DNA of 64,000 bases from Vicinamibacteria bacterium (GCA_965199715.1 OZ241322.1:352001-416000), one strand, 5' to 3'; counted from the stretch's first letter, positions 1 through 9,735 are shown. Notes: generated by a model from the sequence alone, not told the origin. Numbers and translations: made by a program.

Positions 1-318
1 CTCGACTTCCTGCACGATGTCGGCGAGCACGCCGGTCGCCTGCATCTGCTGTCCCGACCGATTCCGGAACTTGCGCGTCTGGAGGCGGCCCTCGACGTAC
101 GCGGCGGACCCGGTCTCGAGCCTTTCGGCCGCGGTGATGGCGGCGCCCCTCGCGCAGATGCGGTGGAACGCCGACCGCTCCTGGCTCGAGCCGTCCTCCG
201 CGGGTTCGAGGGTGACGGTCTTCATCACGAAGCCCACCCGGCGCGCTCCGCCGGAGTCCTTCGTGGTGGGCGGGTCATGCACGATCCCGCGCAGGATGAT
301 CTTGTTGACGTCTCTCAC
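1..318 (-). CDS. ssb: Single-stranded DNA-binding protein paralogue 2 (partial, runs off window start; absent from ORF track)
   Basis: Manual translation from GTG at 318, which overlaps the upstream TGA as GTGA: MRDVNKIILRGIVHDPP...AFHRICARG...AYVEGRLQTRKFRNRSGQ. Open for 106 codons to the edge, with SSB OB-fold motifs NKxILxG, (W/F)HR and YVEGRLQTR. Confidence 0.9.
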   Translation of the reverse strand, partial: MRDVNKIILRGIVHDPPTTKDSGGARRVGFVMKTVTLEPAEDGSSQERSAFHRICARGAAITAAERLETGSAAYVEGRLQTRKFRNRSGQQMQATGVLADIVQEVE

Positions 319-1064
319 AGCCACTCGTCCTCCATGCCGCCGTCGTCCTCGCGGGACGGGCCGGTCATCTCCTCGGGCTCGTCGGGCTCGGACGGCGCTT
401 CCCCGTTCCCGTTCGCGAGGATCGTCCGGACGACGGTCTCGGTGGCGCGGCGATCCTCGCCCTCCCGGTCGGTGTACTTGCGCGTGCGGACGTAGCCGAG
501 CGCGAAGATCCGCTCGCCCTTCTGCGTCGTCCGGTCCATCTCTTTCGCGAGATCGCCGAATGCGGCGACCTCATAGAACGCCGCCTCCTCGTAGTCCTCG
601 AATCCGCCGCCGACCTTCCGGAACCGCTTCTCGTCCACGGCGACCCGCACCCCCGCCGCGATGAGCGAGTCGCTCTCCCGGAGCTTTTGCTTGCGGTCCA
701 CCGAACCGAGCAGGATCGAATGGTTCAGGTGCGGGTCGGCGCTCCGGACGGCGCGAAGGACCCTCGCGCGCACCTCGGTGGCCTCGGCTTCCTGCCCCTC
801 CCGATTCGTGTAGCTGCGGGTGCGGAGCTCGCCCTCCACGTAGACCGGACTGTCCTCGTCGAGCCCCTCGGCCACGTCGGCGTTCTTGCCCCGCGCCGAG
901 ACGCGGTGCCAAGCCTTCTGGTCGCGCTCGCCGCCGTCGGAGTCCGCTTCCGAGGTCACGGTGTGGACGTTGATGTTGACGACCTTCGACCCTCCGTCGA
1001 ATTCCCACTTTTTCGGCGGCTCCGAAAGGACTCCGCGCAGGATGACCTTGTTCAGGTCCTTCAT
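315..1064 (-). CDS. ssb: Single-stranded DNA-binding protein with two tandem OB folds
   Basis: Domain 1 LNKVILRG...WHRV...YVEGELRTRSY; domain 2 LNHSILLG...FYEVAAFG...LGYVRTRKYTDREG; acidic tail; AAGGAG RBS upstream. Confidence 0.9.
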   Translation of the reverse strand: MKDLNKVILRGVLSEPPKKWEFDGGSKVVNINVHTVTSEADSDGGERDQKAWHRVSARGKNADVAEGLDEDSPVYVEGELRTRSYTNREGQEAEATEVRARVLRAVRSADPHLNHSILLGSVDRKQKLRESDSLIAAGVRVAVDEKRFRKVGGGFEDYEEAAFYEVAAFGDLAKEMDRTTQKGERIFALGYVRTRKYTDREGEDRRATETVVRTILANGNGEAPSEPDEPEEMTGPSREDDGGMEDEWL

Positions 1065-1104
1065 GACCAGCGCTCCTTCCCGTCGCCCGAAGGCGGCCGG
1101 GCGA

Positions 1105-1941
1105 TCAGCAGCCGGGTTCCGACGCCGGCAGCCCCGCCAACTGGCGCTCGGCTGCGAGGGCGGCCGGGGTCCCGGCGAATACCTCCAATATGTCCTCGTA
1201 GATCTCCCGGGCGTCCTCTTGGTTGCCCAGTCGCTCCAGGATGTACCCCTTCTTGTACCAGGCGTCGGGCACTTGGTCGCTGTCGGGGAAGTCCTCGATG
1301 AGTGTCTCGAACTGCGAGAGCGCGTCCTCGAGTCGTTCCTCGGCGAGCATCGACTCGCCGAGGAAGTACACGGCGTTGTCCGCCAACTCGCCCCCGATCT
1401 CGATCACGTGCTCGAAGCCGGAGACCGCGAGCGCGTACCGTCCTTGCAGATAGTCGGCGCGAGCCTCCAAGAAAAGATCCGAGACCCCCGGCCCTTCCAG
1501 CACCTCGGCCTCGGGCGCCGCGTCCTCGTCTTCGGCCGCCGGGTCGGGGCCGGCGGTCGCCTCCTCTTCGGTTCCCGGCGTCTCGACGGGAAGGAGCGCC
1601 GCGCTGCGGAGCTCGCGCAGCTCCTCGACCTCGGCCATCAGGTCTGATAGCCGCTGGTTGTTCTGGCTGATCGACTCCCGAATGACGTCGACGTTCCGGT
1701 CGAGGCGGGAGATCGTGTTCGAGCTCTCGGCGCGCGCCCGCCGGTTCGCCTCGAGCTCCTGGTCCAGTTCGGCGCGCAGTCCGGTGATCTCTTCGGCGAG
1801 CGTTCCCTGCGCCTCGATGAGGTCCGCGAGCTGCGTCTGGATCTGACGGATCTCGGCGATGATGCGGTCCTGGTCGCGCTGCGCGCCGAACGCCGGAGCG
1901 ACGCCGACGAGGAGGATCGCCGGAAGGACGAGCCGGATCAC
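1105..1941 (-). CDS. cpoB: Tol-Pal associated coiled-coil/TPR protein CpoB (YbgF)
   Basis: Signal peptide, coiled coil, TPRs (LADNAVYFLGE, FPDSDQVPDAWYKKG); directly after pal, GTG start overlaps the pal stop. Confidence 0.85.
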   Translation of the reverse strand: MIRLVLPAILLVGVAPAFGAQRDQDRIIAEIRQIQTQLADLIEAQGTLAEEITGLRAELDQELEANRRARAESSNTISRLDRNVDVIRESISQNNQRLSDLMAEVEELRELRSAALLPVETPGTEEEATAGPDPAAEDEDAAPEAEVLEGPGVSDLFLEARADYLQGRYALAVSGFEHVIEIGGELADNAVYFLGESMLAEERLEDALSQFETLIEDFPDSDQVPDAWYKKGYILERLGNQEDAREIYEDILEVFAGTPAALAAERQLAGLPASEPGC

Positions 1942-2555
1942 TTGGCCACGACCACGAAGTGGGCCCTGCGGTTGCGCCGCCACGCCTGCTCGTTGCGCGC
2001 CGGATCGAGCGGGACTTCCTTCCCGAAGCTGATCGTGCGCAGCCGGTTCGACGCGATGTCCAACTGCGCCAGGAAGTCGCGGACGCTCCGGGCGCGCAGG
2101 TCGCCGAGCGCGAGGTTGTACTCCACCGTGCCGCGTTCATCGCAGTGCCCCTCGATCTGCACCGAGACGGCGCCGTGGCGGCGCAGCCATTCGGCGTGCC
2201 GGGTCAGGATCGCCTGCGCCTCGGCCGAGAGGTCCGCGCTGTCGTAGTTGAAGTGCACGTCCTCGAGCGGCGCCAGCGCGTTCAGCTCGGCGAGGGTCAT
2301 CGAGGCGACGTCGAGCGATTCGGAGCGGACCGAGGACTCGGGCGCGCGGGCGAGGATCTCGTCGTCGGTGAGCCCGCCGGCGGACGCGGCGCCCCGGGCG
2401 TCCGCCGCGGCCGGAGCCGATTCCGCGGTCTCCTCCGTCGCGTCCATCACGGCGTCGGCGGGAACGCCCGCGGTCGCCGGGGCGCGCCCCGAGCTCCCGC
2501 AGCCGCCGAGCAGAAGAAGAACGCCCGCGCTGGCCAGAAGACGAGAGAGAGACAT
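1938..2555 (-). CDS. pal: Peptidoglycan-associated lipoprotein Pal
   Basis: Lipobox LLLGGC; OmpA-like VHFNYDSA, IEGHCDERGTVEYNLALG, ISFGKE, NRRAHF. Confidence 0.95.
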   Translation of the reverse strand: MSLSRLLASAGVLLLLGGCGSSGRAPATAGVPADAVMDATEETAESAPAAADARGAASAGGLTDDEILARAPESSVRSESLDVASMTLAELNALAPLEDVHFNYDSADLSAEAQAILTRHAEWLRRHGAVSVQIEGHCDERGTVEYNLALGDLRARSVRDFLAQLDIASNRLRTISFGKEVPLDPARNEQAWRRNRRAHFVVVAK

Positions 2556-2568
2556 CACGGGAAAGACC

Positions 2569-3933
2569 TCATTCGGGGCTGGCCGGCGGATTCCCCCAGC
2601 GCGGCGTGGTGTTGCTTCCTTCGCGGGTGAGCTGCCGCAACCCGGAGCCGTCCCGATGCATGGTGAAGATCTGAGCCTCGCCGGTCCGGTCCGACGCGAA
2701 CGCGATGTGGAGGCCGTTCGGCGCCCACGACGGGCTCTCGTTACTGCCGCGGCCGGTCGTGAGCTGCCGCGTCTGCCGCGTCTCGAGGTCATGCACCACG
2801 ATGTCGAACGGGCGGCGCTCGATGCGCGAGGCGTACGCGATCTCGCTGGACTGGCGCGACGGCGACCATGAGGGCGCGTCGTTGTAGGACCCCTCGAACG
2901 AGACGCGCCGGAGGTTCAGGCCGTCCTGGTCCATCACGTAGATCTGCGGGGAGCCGGTCCGGTCCGAGGTGAACGCGAGGGTCCGCCCGTTCGGCGACCA
3001 GGTCGGGGAGACGTCGATGGCGCGGTTGTTGGTGAGCCGCCGCAGCCCGGTTCCGTCCTGCGAGATCACGTAGATCTCCGACTGCCCGTCCCGGCTGGAC
3101 GTGAACGCGATCGTGCTCCCGTCGGGCGACCACGCGGGGGTGAAGGATTGGCTCTCGGCGACGAGCTTCTCGCCGCGCCCCTGGTAGAGGAACGCAAGGT
3201 AGAGGGCGGGGGCGCCCTCCCGATAGGAGATGTAGGCGATCGCGCGCCCCGTCGGAGACCACGTCGGCGTCAGGTTGAGGGATCCGTTGACGGTGACCGG
3301 TCGCTGCGCGTGCCCGTCGTAGTCCATCAGGAAGATCTCCTTGCTTCCGGGCTTCCTGCGGGTCGTCGAGAACGCGAGCCGCGTCTGCGCGACGCCGCGG
3401 TAGCCGCCGGCCTGCATCAGCACGTCGTCCGAAATCCGGTGCGCGAGCTCCCGCGCGGCGTCGGGACCCGCGGTGTAGCGCCGCCCGAACACCCGCTCCC
3501 GGGCGCGCACCGCGTGAAGCCAGACCTCGGCGACGAGGTTCCCGTCCTCCACGTCCACGTGCGCCTCGACGAGGATGTCCGCGCCGACCGAATCCCATTG
3601 GTAGTAATCGACTTCGCCCTCGGTCGCCCGTTCGGCCGCGACGTCGTAGAAGCGCTCGGGTAGCATCCGGTACACGCCGGCGAAGGCGACGTCGTCTCGC
3701 AGCACGCGGGTCATCATCCGGGCCTCGTCGGGAAGGCCGGGCCGCTCCTTGGGCGCGGTCGCGCCGAGCTTGGGGATCGCCATGCGAACCGGGGTACCCG
3801 GACGGGTGATGTCCAGATACCAGTCGCCGGCGACGGGCTGCTGGGCGGCGGGTCCGGCTCCGAGCGTCGCGAGGAAGGCGAGGCTCGAAACCGCCGCCGC
3901 GACGAGGACCGGGGCGAACGGGCGCATCCTCAC
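2569..3933 (-). CDS. tolB: Tol-Pal beta-propeller protein TolB
   Basis: AHRISD motif and repeated PD40 units (P.WSP.G..IAF.S.R.G); lies between tolA and pal. Confidence 0.95.
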   Translation of the reverse strand: MRMRPFAPVLVAAAVSSLAFLATLGAGPAAQQPVAGDWYLDITRPGTPVRMAIPKLGATAPKERPGLPDEARMMTRVLRDDVAFAGVYRMLPERFYDVAAERATEGEVDYYQWDSVGADILVEAHVDVEDGNLVAEVWLHAVRARERVFGRRYTAGPDAARELAHRISDDVLMQAGGYRGVAQTRLAFSTTRRKPGSKEIFLMDYDGHAQRPVTVNGSLNLTPTWSPTGRAIAYISYREGAPALYLAFLYQGRGEKLVAESQSFTPAWSPDGSTIAFTSSRDGQSEIYVISQDGTGLRRLTNNRAIDVSPTWSPNGRTLAFTSDRTGSPQIYVMDQDGLNLRRVSFEGSYNDAPSWSPSRQSSEIAYASRIERRPFDIVVHDLETRQTRQLTTGRGSNESPSWAPNGLHIAFASDRTGEAQIFTMHRDGSGLRQLTREGSNTTPRWGNPPASPE

Positions 3934-4790
3934 GCTCCGGCCCTTCCTTCGTAGGTGAACAGCAGGTGGACCCCGACCTGGTCCCGGGGATAGCTGTCGG
4001 GAAGCTGGGGGAACGGCTCGCCGAGGATCACGGCGCGCAGCGCGGCCCGATCGAGGAGGTTCTGGCCGCTCGACTCCTCGATATCGGCCGCCGAGATCGA
4101 GCCGTCGCGGTGGATCGTGAAGCGCACCACGACCCGCGCCTCGCCCCGCACCGGGATCTGCTGCCAGTTGGCCTGGATGCGGGCGATCATCTGACGCTGG
4201 TAATAGGCGTACTCGAAGTCCTGGTCGAACATCGAGCCGCCGGGGATCCCGCCGAGGCCGATTCCGCCCCGGCCGGAACCGCTGGACGCGCTGCTGGACC
4301 GGTTCCTCGAGGGTCGGGAACTCGTGTCCACCGGGCGGCGCGACGCCACCCGCCCGGCGGCCGCCGAGGCGGCGTCGCGCCCCCGCAGCCCCGAATCCGG
4401 CTGCGACGGGCGCGGCTCGTTGCGGCGCGCCCGGGCCTCGGGGGTCGGCATCCGCTCGCGCGTCTCGGCGGTGGGGCGCACGACTTCGGGACGGGCCTCG
4501 GGTTCGGGGGGCGGAGGCTCGGGGGCGGGGGGTTCGGGCTTCGGCTCCGGCGGCTCGGGTTCGGGAGCGGGGGGTTCGGGAGCCGGGGAAGAGGCGCCGA
4601 GGCTCGGCGTGGGCGAGGGGCCCGACATCCCGAGCTCGACGAACGTCGCGGAGGGAAGCGGCATGGCCGGTCCGGAATCCGCGGCGTACACGACGGCGAC
4701 CAGCCCGAGAGCGCCGAAATGGGCGGCTCCCGACCAGACGAGATTCCGCCGGAAGCTGTCTGCGGCGGTCTTCGGACGCTCAGCGGCCAC
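3930..4790 (-). CDS. TolA/TonB-family energy transducer
   Basis: N-terminal TM with SxxxH, Pro-Glu rich linker, TonB_C-like end (VRFTIHRDG, SSG..LD.AAL.AV). Confidence 0.85.
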   Translation of the reverse strand: MAAERPKTAADSFRRNLVWSGAAHFGALGLVAVVYAADSGPAMPLPSATFVELGMSGPSPTPSLGASSPAPEPPAPEPEPPEPKPEPPAPEPPPPEPEARPEVVRPTAETRERMPTPEARARRNEPRPSQPDSGLRGRDAASAAAGRVASRRPVDTSSRPSRNRSSSASSGSGRGGIGLGGIPGGSMFDQDFEYAYYQRQMIARIQANWQQIPVRGEARVVVRFTIHRDGSISAADIEESSGQNLLDRAALRAVILGEPFPQLPDSYPRDQVGVHLLFTYEGRAGA

Positions 4791-5262
4791 CCTGTTCTCC
4801 GGGATACGCGTACACGAGACCGACGCGATCGAAACCTGCCCGCTTCATCGTGTCGACGACCTCGATGACCCTTCCGTATTGTAGCGAGACGTCCCCTTGC
4901 AAATACCCCTCGCGGGCCCCCTCGAGCTGGACCATCTCGCGCAGTCGCTCCTCGAGCAGGATCGGGTTCACGGCGTCGTCGCCCACGTAGGTGCGGCCCT
5001 CGGAATCGACGGTCACCATGATCCGTTCGGTGGATTCCGCCGACTTCATGCGGGCGGTGGGAAGGCTTACGTCGAGGGATCGGACGAGTAGCGGCGCGGT
5101 GACCATGAAGATGATGAGAAGGACCAGCACCACGTCCACGAAGGGCGTCACGTTGATCTCGGAGAGCGCCGAAGCGCCCCGGGCCGAGCGCCGCGCCTTC
5201 AGCCTCGCAAGCGGCGAGCCGCCGCCGGAGCCGCCCCCTTCCGACGCCGTCTTCATGCCCAT
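4780..5262 (-). CDS. tolR: TolR/ExbD family protein
   Basis: SEINVTPFVDVVLVLLIIFMVTAP signature. Confidence 0.92.
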   Translation of the reverse strand: MGMKTASEGGGSGGGSPLARLKARRSARGASALSEINVTPFVDVVLVLLIIFMVTAPLLVRSLDVSLPTARMKSAESTERIMVTVDSEGRTYVGDDAVNPILLEERLREMVQLEGAREGYLQGDVSLQYGRVIEVVDTMKRAGFDRVGLVYAYPGEQGGR

Positions 5263-5266
5263 GGGA

Positions 5267-6076
5267 TCAAGCCTCGGCGAAGCGCTCGAGCCGAGCGGTG
5301 AGCTCCAGCGAGAACTCGTCCATGTCGGTCTCGATGCGCCGCAGCCGGGCGAGAAACGCGTTGTACGCGATCACCGCCGGAATCGCCGCCCCCAGCCCGG
5401 CCGCGGTCGCGATAAGGGCCTCGGAGACGCCCGGAGCCACCACGCTGATGTTCGCCGCCTGGGTGAAGCCGATGTCCTGGAACGCGTTCATGATCCCCCA
5501 CACCGTGCCCAGCAGGCCGATGAATGGGGTGGCGCCGCCGGTGGTGGCGAGGAACACCAGCCGCTGCTCCAGCCGCCGGCCCTCCCTCGAGGAGGCGAGC
5601 GCCATCGAGCGGGCGACCGCCTCCATGTTGCTCACGACCAGCGTCTCGCTGCCGCGCGCCCGGGATTGCTGGACGACTTCCTCCTGGCCGGCGAGGAACA
5701 GGCTGGACAGCGGGCTCGCCCCGTGCTTGCGCGCCGCCATCGAGACCTCGGCCAACTGCTGCGCCCGGCGGAAGTCGGCGAGGAAGGCGGTGGACTCCCG
5801 CTCCGCCCGGCCGAGCTCGCGCGACTTCGAGACGATGATCGCCCACGAGACGAGGCTGAACATGAGCAGCGTCAGGAGAACGAACCAACTGACCGGCCCG
5901 GCCTCGATGATGAGGCCGAGCATGTTGTCGGCGGCGAACACCCCCGACTCGCCCATGTCCGTCGTTTCCACCACCGGCTCGGCGGGGGTCTGATCCTGCC
6001 CGAACGCCGGAAATCCGACTGCCAGGACGAGCGCGGCGGCGAGCGCGCGAACCGCCGCGAAAAAGGGAGACACCAC
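5267..6076 (-). CDS. tolQ: TolQ (MotA/TolQ/ExbB family)
   Basis: PFIGLLGTVWGIM, VAPGVSEALIATAAGL, AIPAVIAYN. Start uncertain (GTG 6076 or 6073), just downstream of TACAAT at 6087-6082. Confidence 0.92.
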   Translation of the reverse strand: MVSPFFAAVRALAAALVLAVGFPAFGQDQTPAEPVVETTDMGESGVFAADNMLGLIIEAGPVSWFVLLTLLMFSLVSWAIIVSKSRELGRAERESTAFLADFRRAQQLAEVSMAARKHGASPLSSLFLAGQEEVVQQSRARGSETLVVSNMEAVARSMALASSREGRRLEQRLVFLATTGGATPFIGLLGTVWGIMNAFQDIGFTQAANISVVAPGVSEALIATAAGLGAAIPAVIAYNAFLARLRRIETDMDEFSLELTARLERFAEA

Positions 6077-6081
6077 AACAT

Positions 6082-6126
6082 ATTGTACTGCGGGGGCCGC
6101 CATACCACTACCGGTTGGGGTACCGT
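6082..6126. promoter_or_regulatory. Divergent -10 boxes for tolQ (TACAAT, minus) and recN (TACCGT, plus)
   Basis: TANNNT hexamers 5-8 nt and 6 nt upstream of the respective start codons, with no SD. Confidence 0.55.
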
Positions 6127-6132
6127 GCATCC

Positions 6133-7836
6133 ATGCTCGAGTGGTTGAGGGTGCGCAACGTCGCCCTGATTCCCGAGGCGTTCCTCGAGCTGGGAGAGGG
6201 GCTGAACGTCGTCACCGGGGAGACCGGGGCCGGCAAGAGCGTGCTCCTCGAATCGCTGATGCTCGCGCTCGGCGCCCGGGCTCCGTCGCGCGTGGTCGGC
6301 GCCTTCGGAGACCGGGCGTTGGTCGAGGCGGGGTTCCGGCTCGCGCCCGACGAAGCCCTCGGCGAGATCCTCGACGACCACGGCGTCGAGGCCGAGGACG
6401 GGGAGCTGATCGTCCGCCGGGAGCTGCGCGCGAAGGGCGCGGGGAGGATCCGGGTGAACGGGGTCCCGATCGCGGCTTCCGGGCTGCGCCGGATCGGGGC
6501 GCAGCTCGCCGAGGTGTTCAGCCAGGGCGCCCACCAGGAAATCCACCAGGCCGGCGGCGCCCGCGCTGCGCTCGACCGCGCGGTCGGGAAGCCCGATCGG
6601 ACGCGGCGGCTCCGGGAGGTCTTCGAGCGCCTGCGCGAACGGGAGGAGGAACTGGAGCGGCTCGCGTCCGCGCTGGCCCGGGAGGACGCCGAGCGGGAGG
6701 CGCTCGGGCGGCTCGTCGAGGAGATCGAGTCGGCCGAACTCGAACCCGGCGAGGACGAGGCCCTGCGGAACGAACGGCGGAGGCTCGCCGCCGCCGACCA
6801 GTTGCGCTCGCTGCTCCGGACCGCGCGGCGCACGCTCTACGACGCCGAGGAATCGGCCACGAGCCAGATCGGCGTCGCGCTGCGTTCGCTCGAGCGGGCT
6901 TCGGAATGGGATCCGGAACTGGAGCCGGCGCTCGTCCGCCTGCGCGACGCGCTCGCCGCCGCCGAGGACCTCGCGCTCGAGATCGGCGAGCGCGAGAAGC
7001 AGGTCTCGGCGGCCCCCGAGCGGCTCGGCTGGATCGAGGACCGCCTCGCGCTCGTGCGCGGCCTCGAGCGCCGGCACGCCGGAGGAGCGGGCGGCGCGGA
7101 CGCGCTCCTCGAACGGGTCCGGGAGGCGGCGGCGGCGCTCGGAGCGATGCGGGACCGCCGCGAGGCCCGGGACCGGCTCCGGGAGGAGGTCGCGGCGGCC
7201 GGGGCGGAGTACCGCCGGCTCGCGGAAGAGCTCTCGGGGGCCCGCCGCCGGGCGGGGAAGAGGATCGAGGCCGTCGTCAAGCGGGAGCTCGCCGGGCTGG
7301 GCATGCCGAAGGCGCGCTTCATGGTCGCCCTGACCGGACTTGCCGAGGATCCGGAACGCCCGACCGCCCAATTTCGGCCGCACGGGACCGACCGCGTCGA
7401 ATTCCGGTTCGCCGCCGCCCCGGACGCGGCTCCGGGGCCGCTCGGGAGCATCGCTTCCGGCGGCGAGTCGTCGCGCTTCTTTGTGGCGCTCAAGGCCGGT
7501 CTCGCCGATGCGGGCGGCCCGCCCACGACGGTCGTGTTCGACGAGGCCGACTCCGGCACGTCGGGCCGGATCGCGCATGCGGTGGGGGCGCGGCTGCGCC
7601 GGCTCGCGCGGACGCGCCAGGTGCTCTCGGTCACCCACCTGCCGCAGGTCGCGGCGCTCGGGGACGCGCACCTCGTGGTCGAACGGGTAGAATCGAGCCA
7701 GTCGGTGCGGGTTCGGGGTCTTTTGGGAGCGGACCGGATCGAGGAGATCGCCCGCATGCTGGCCGGCCCGGAGATCACCGAAAGCGCCCGGGCGCACGCC
7801 CGCCAACTGCTTTCCGCCGAAGCGGAGGATGCATGA
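6133..7836 (+). CDS. recN: DNA repair protein RecN
   Basis: Walker A TGETGAGKS, long coiled coil, ASGGE signature, VFDEADSG, QVLSVTHLPQVAA, EEIARML. Confidence 0.93.
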   Translation: MLEWLRVRNVALIPEAFLELGEGLNVVTGETGAGKSVLLESLMLALGARAPSRVVGAFGDRALVEAGFRLAPDEALGEILDDHGVEAEDGELIVRRELRAKGAGRIRVNGVPIAASGLRRIGAQLAEVFSQGAHQEIHQAGGARAALDRAVGKPDRTRRLREVFERLREREEELERLASALAREDAEREALGRLVEEIESAELEPGEDEALRNERRRLAAADQLRSLLRTARRTLYDAEESATSQIGVALRSLERASEWDPELEPALVRLRDALAAAEDLALEIGEREKQVSAAPERLGWIEDRLALVRGLERRHAGGAGGADALLERVREAAAALGAMRDRREARDRLREEVAAAGAEYRRLAEELSGARRRAGKRIEAVVKRELAGLGMPKARFMVALTGLAEDPERPTAQFRPHGTDRVEFRFAAAPDAAPGPLGSIASGGESSRFFVALKAGLADAGGPPTTVVFDEADSGTSGRIAHAVGARLRRLARTRQVLSVTHLPQVAALGDAHLVVERVESSQSVRVRGLLGADRIEEIARMLAGPEITESARAHARQLLSAEAEDA

Positions 7837-9224
7837 GCGAGTCCCCCGGAACGCCGCGCTACCGGATCGAGACGTGGGGCTGCCAGATGAACGTCCACGA
7901 CTCGGAGAAGATGGCGGCCGCGCTCGCGAGCGCCGGATACGCCCCGGCGGGCGACGAGACGCCGGAGCTGGTGCTGCTGAACACCTGCTCGGTGCGCGAG
8001 AAGGCGCAGGAGAAGGTGTTCCGCCGGGTCGCGGAGCTCGCCGCCGGGCGCAAGCGCGGCGATCTCATGATCGGTGTGGCCGGCTGCGTGGCCCAGCAGG
8101 AGGGCGGGGCCATCCTCGCCCGCGCGCCGGCGGTGGACTTCGTCCTCGGGACCCAGAGCGTCGTGCGCCTGCCGGGGATCGTGGAGCGCGTGCGGGACGG
8201 CGAGCGGGGCGTGGTCGAGATCGGCCGCCATCCGGACAACCTCGACATCCCGCCCGAGCGGATCGAGCGGCTTCCGGGCGTCAAGGCGTACGTCACGATC
8301 ATGGAGGGGTGCGACAACTTCTGCTCGTTCTGCGTCGTGCCGTTCACCCGGGGACGCGAACGCTGCCGCTCGGTGGAGAGCGTCGCGCGGGAAGCCGAAT
8401 CGCTCGCCGCCGACGGATTCGTCGAGATCCAGCTCCTCGGCCAGAACGTGAACTCGTACCGCGACCCGGTCGCCGGCCGCAGTTTCGCCGAGCTCGTGGA
8501 CGCGGTGGGCGCGGTTCCCGGAATCCGCCGGCTGCGCTTCACCAGCCCGCACCCGAAGGACTTCGGCGAGGACCTCATGGAGCGCTTCGCCGACTCGGGG
8601 CCGCTCATGCCCCACATGCACCTTCCGGCGCAGTCGGGTTCGACCTCGGTGCTCGACCGGATGCGCCGGGGCTACAGCCGCGGGAAGTTCCTCGATCTCG
8701 TGCGCCGGGCGCGCGAGTTCGTGCCCGGTCTCGCGATCTCGACCGACCTGATCGTGGGCTTCTGCGGCGAGTCCGACGAGGAGTTCGCGGACACGCTGAC
8801 GCTGCTCGACGAGGCCCGGTTCTCGTCCGCCTACTCCTTCCGCTACTCGGAGCGTCCGTTCACGCTCGCGTCGCGGTCGCTTCCGGACGACGTGCCCGAG
8901 CCGCTCAAGCTCGAGCGCCTCAAGGAACTGCAAGCGCGCCAGCGCGGGATTCAGGTGGAGCTCAACCAGGCGCGGATCGGCGCCACGGTGGAGGTCCTCG
9001 TCGAGGGCGCCGCCCGGCTGCCCGGCCAGCTCCGGGGCCGGGGGCCGGACCACCGGGTCGTGAACTTCATGGGCGACGAGGCGCTCGTCGGGCGTTTCGT
9101 TCCCGTGGAGGTGATCGGCTGCGGACCGAACAGCCTGCTGGGTCGTCAAGCCGACGGCGGGGACCGGGATCCGATCCCGCTTCCCGTCCTTCAGGAGGCG
9201 CCGGGAGCGCCTCTCGACAATTGA
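7833..9224 (+). CDS. miaB: tRNA i6A37 methylthiotransferase MiaB
   Basis: ETWGCQMNVHDSE, NTCSVREKA, GCVAQ, radical SAM CDNFCSFC, TRAM domain; ATG 7833 overlaps the recN stop. Confidence 0.96.
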   Translation: MSESPGTPRYRIETWGCQMNVHDSEKMAAALASAGYAPAGDETPELVLLNTCSVREKAQEKVFRRVAELAAGRKRGDLMIGVAGCVAQQEGGAILARAPAVDFVLGTQSVVRLPGIVERVRDGERGVVEIGRHPDNLDIPPERIERLPGVKAYVTIMEGCDNFCSFCVVPFTRGRERCRSVESVAREAESLAADGFVEIQLLGQNVNSYRDPVAGRSFAELVDAVGAVPGIRRLRFTSPHPKDFGEDLMERFADSGPLMPHMHLPAQSGSTSVLDRMRRGYSRGKFLDLVRRAREFVPGLAISTDLIVGFCGESDEEFADTLTLLDEARFSSAYSFRYSERPFTLASRSLPDDVPEPLKLERLKELQARQRGIQVELNQARIGATVEVLVEGAARLPGQLRGRGPDHRVVNFMGDEALVGRFVPVEVIGCGPNSLLGRQADGGDRDPIPLPVLQEAPGAPLDN

Positions 9225-9234
9225 GGGCGGGACC

Positions 9235-9735
9235 GTGGAAATCGAGATGACCATCAAGGCGATCCTGACGGTGCCGGCCACGAGGGCCACCGTCGTGCTG
9301 CTGAAGGAGGAGACCGGCGAGCGGGAACTGCCCATCTGGGTCGGGCCCTGCGAGGCGCGGGCGATCGGCGTGCAGATCGAGAACCTCGAGACGCCCCGGC
9401 CGCTGACGCACGACCTGATGCGCGAGCTCCTGCGCGAGCTGGAGGCGCGGGTGCACCGCGTGGTCATCCACAGCATCTCGGACCGCACCTTCCTCGCCCA
9501 CATCCACCTCGAGCGGAAGCGGCTGCGCATGGCCATCGACGCGCGTCCGAGCGACGCGATCGCGCTGGCGCTGCGCACCCGGGCGCCGATCTTCGCGACC
9601 TCGGACGTCATGGACTCGGCGGCGCAGCTCGGGGACATGACCCAGAACGGGCCGAGCGAACCCCCGCAGGACAAGGAAGAGCTGGACGCCTGGCTCGAGA
9701 CGCTGGACGAGGAGGATCTGGGCGGCGCCCAGTAG
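9235..9735 (+). CDS. Bifunctional nuclease family protein (DUF151)
   Basis: LPIWVGPCEA, PRPLTHDL, IDARPSDAIALALR. Confidence 0.9.
   Translation: MEIEMTIKAILTVPATRATVVLLKEETGERELPIWVGPCEARAIGVQIENLETPRPLTHDLMRELLRELEARVHRVVIHSISDRTFLAHIHLERKRLRMAIDARPSDAIALALRTRAPIFATSDVMDSAAQLGDMTQNGPSEPPQDKEELDAWLETLDEEDLGGAQ

Noticed and set aside
4495-4590. Short tandem repeats (also 13545-13635, 41445-41500, 53630-53770) as a CRISPR or VNTR array
   Set aside because: They encode Pro-Glu or Q/E/D linkers of TolA, PEGA, PilQ and BatC; no constant repeat with unique spacers and no cas genes.
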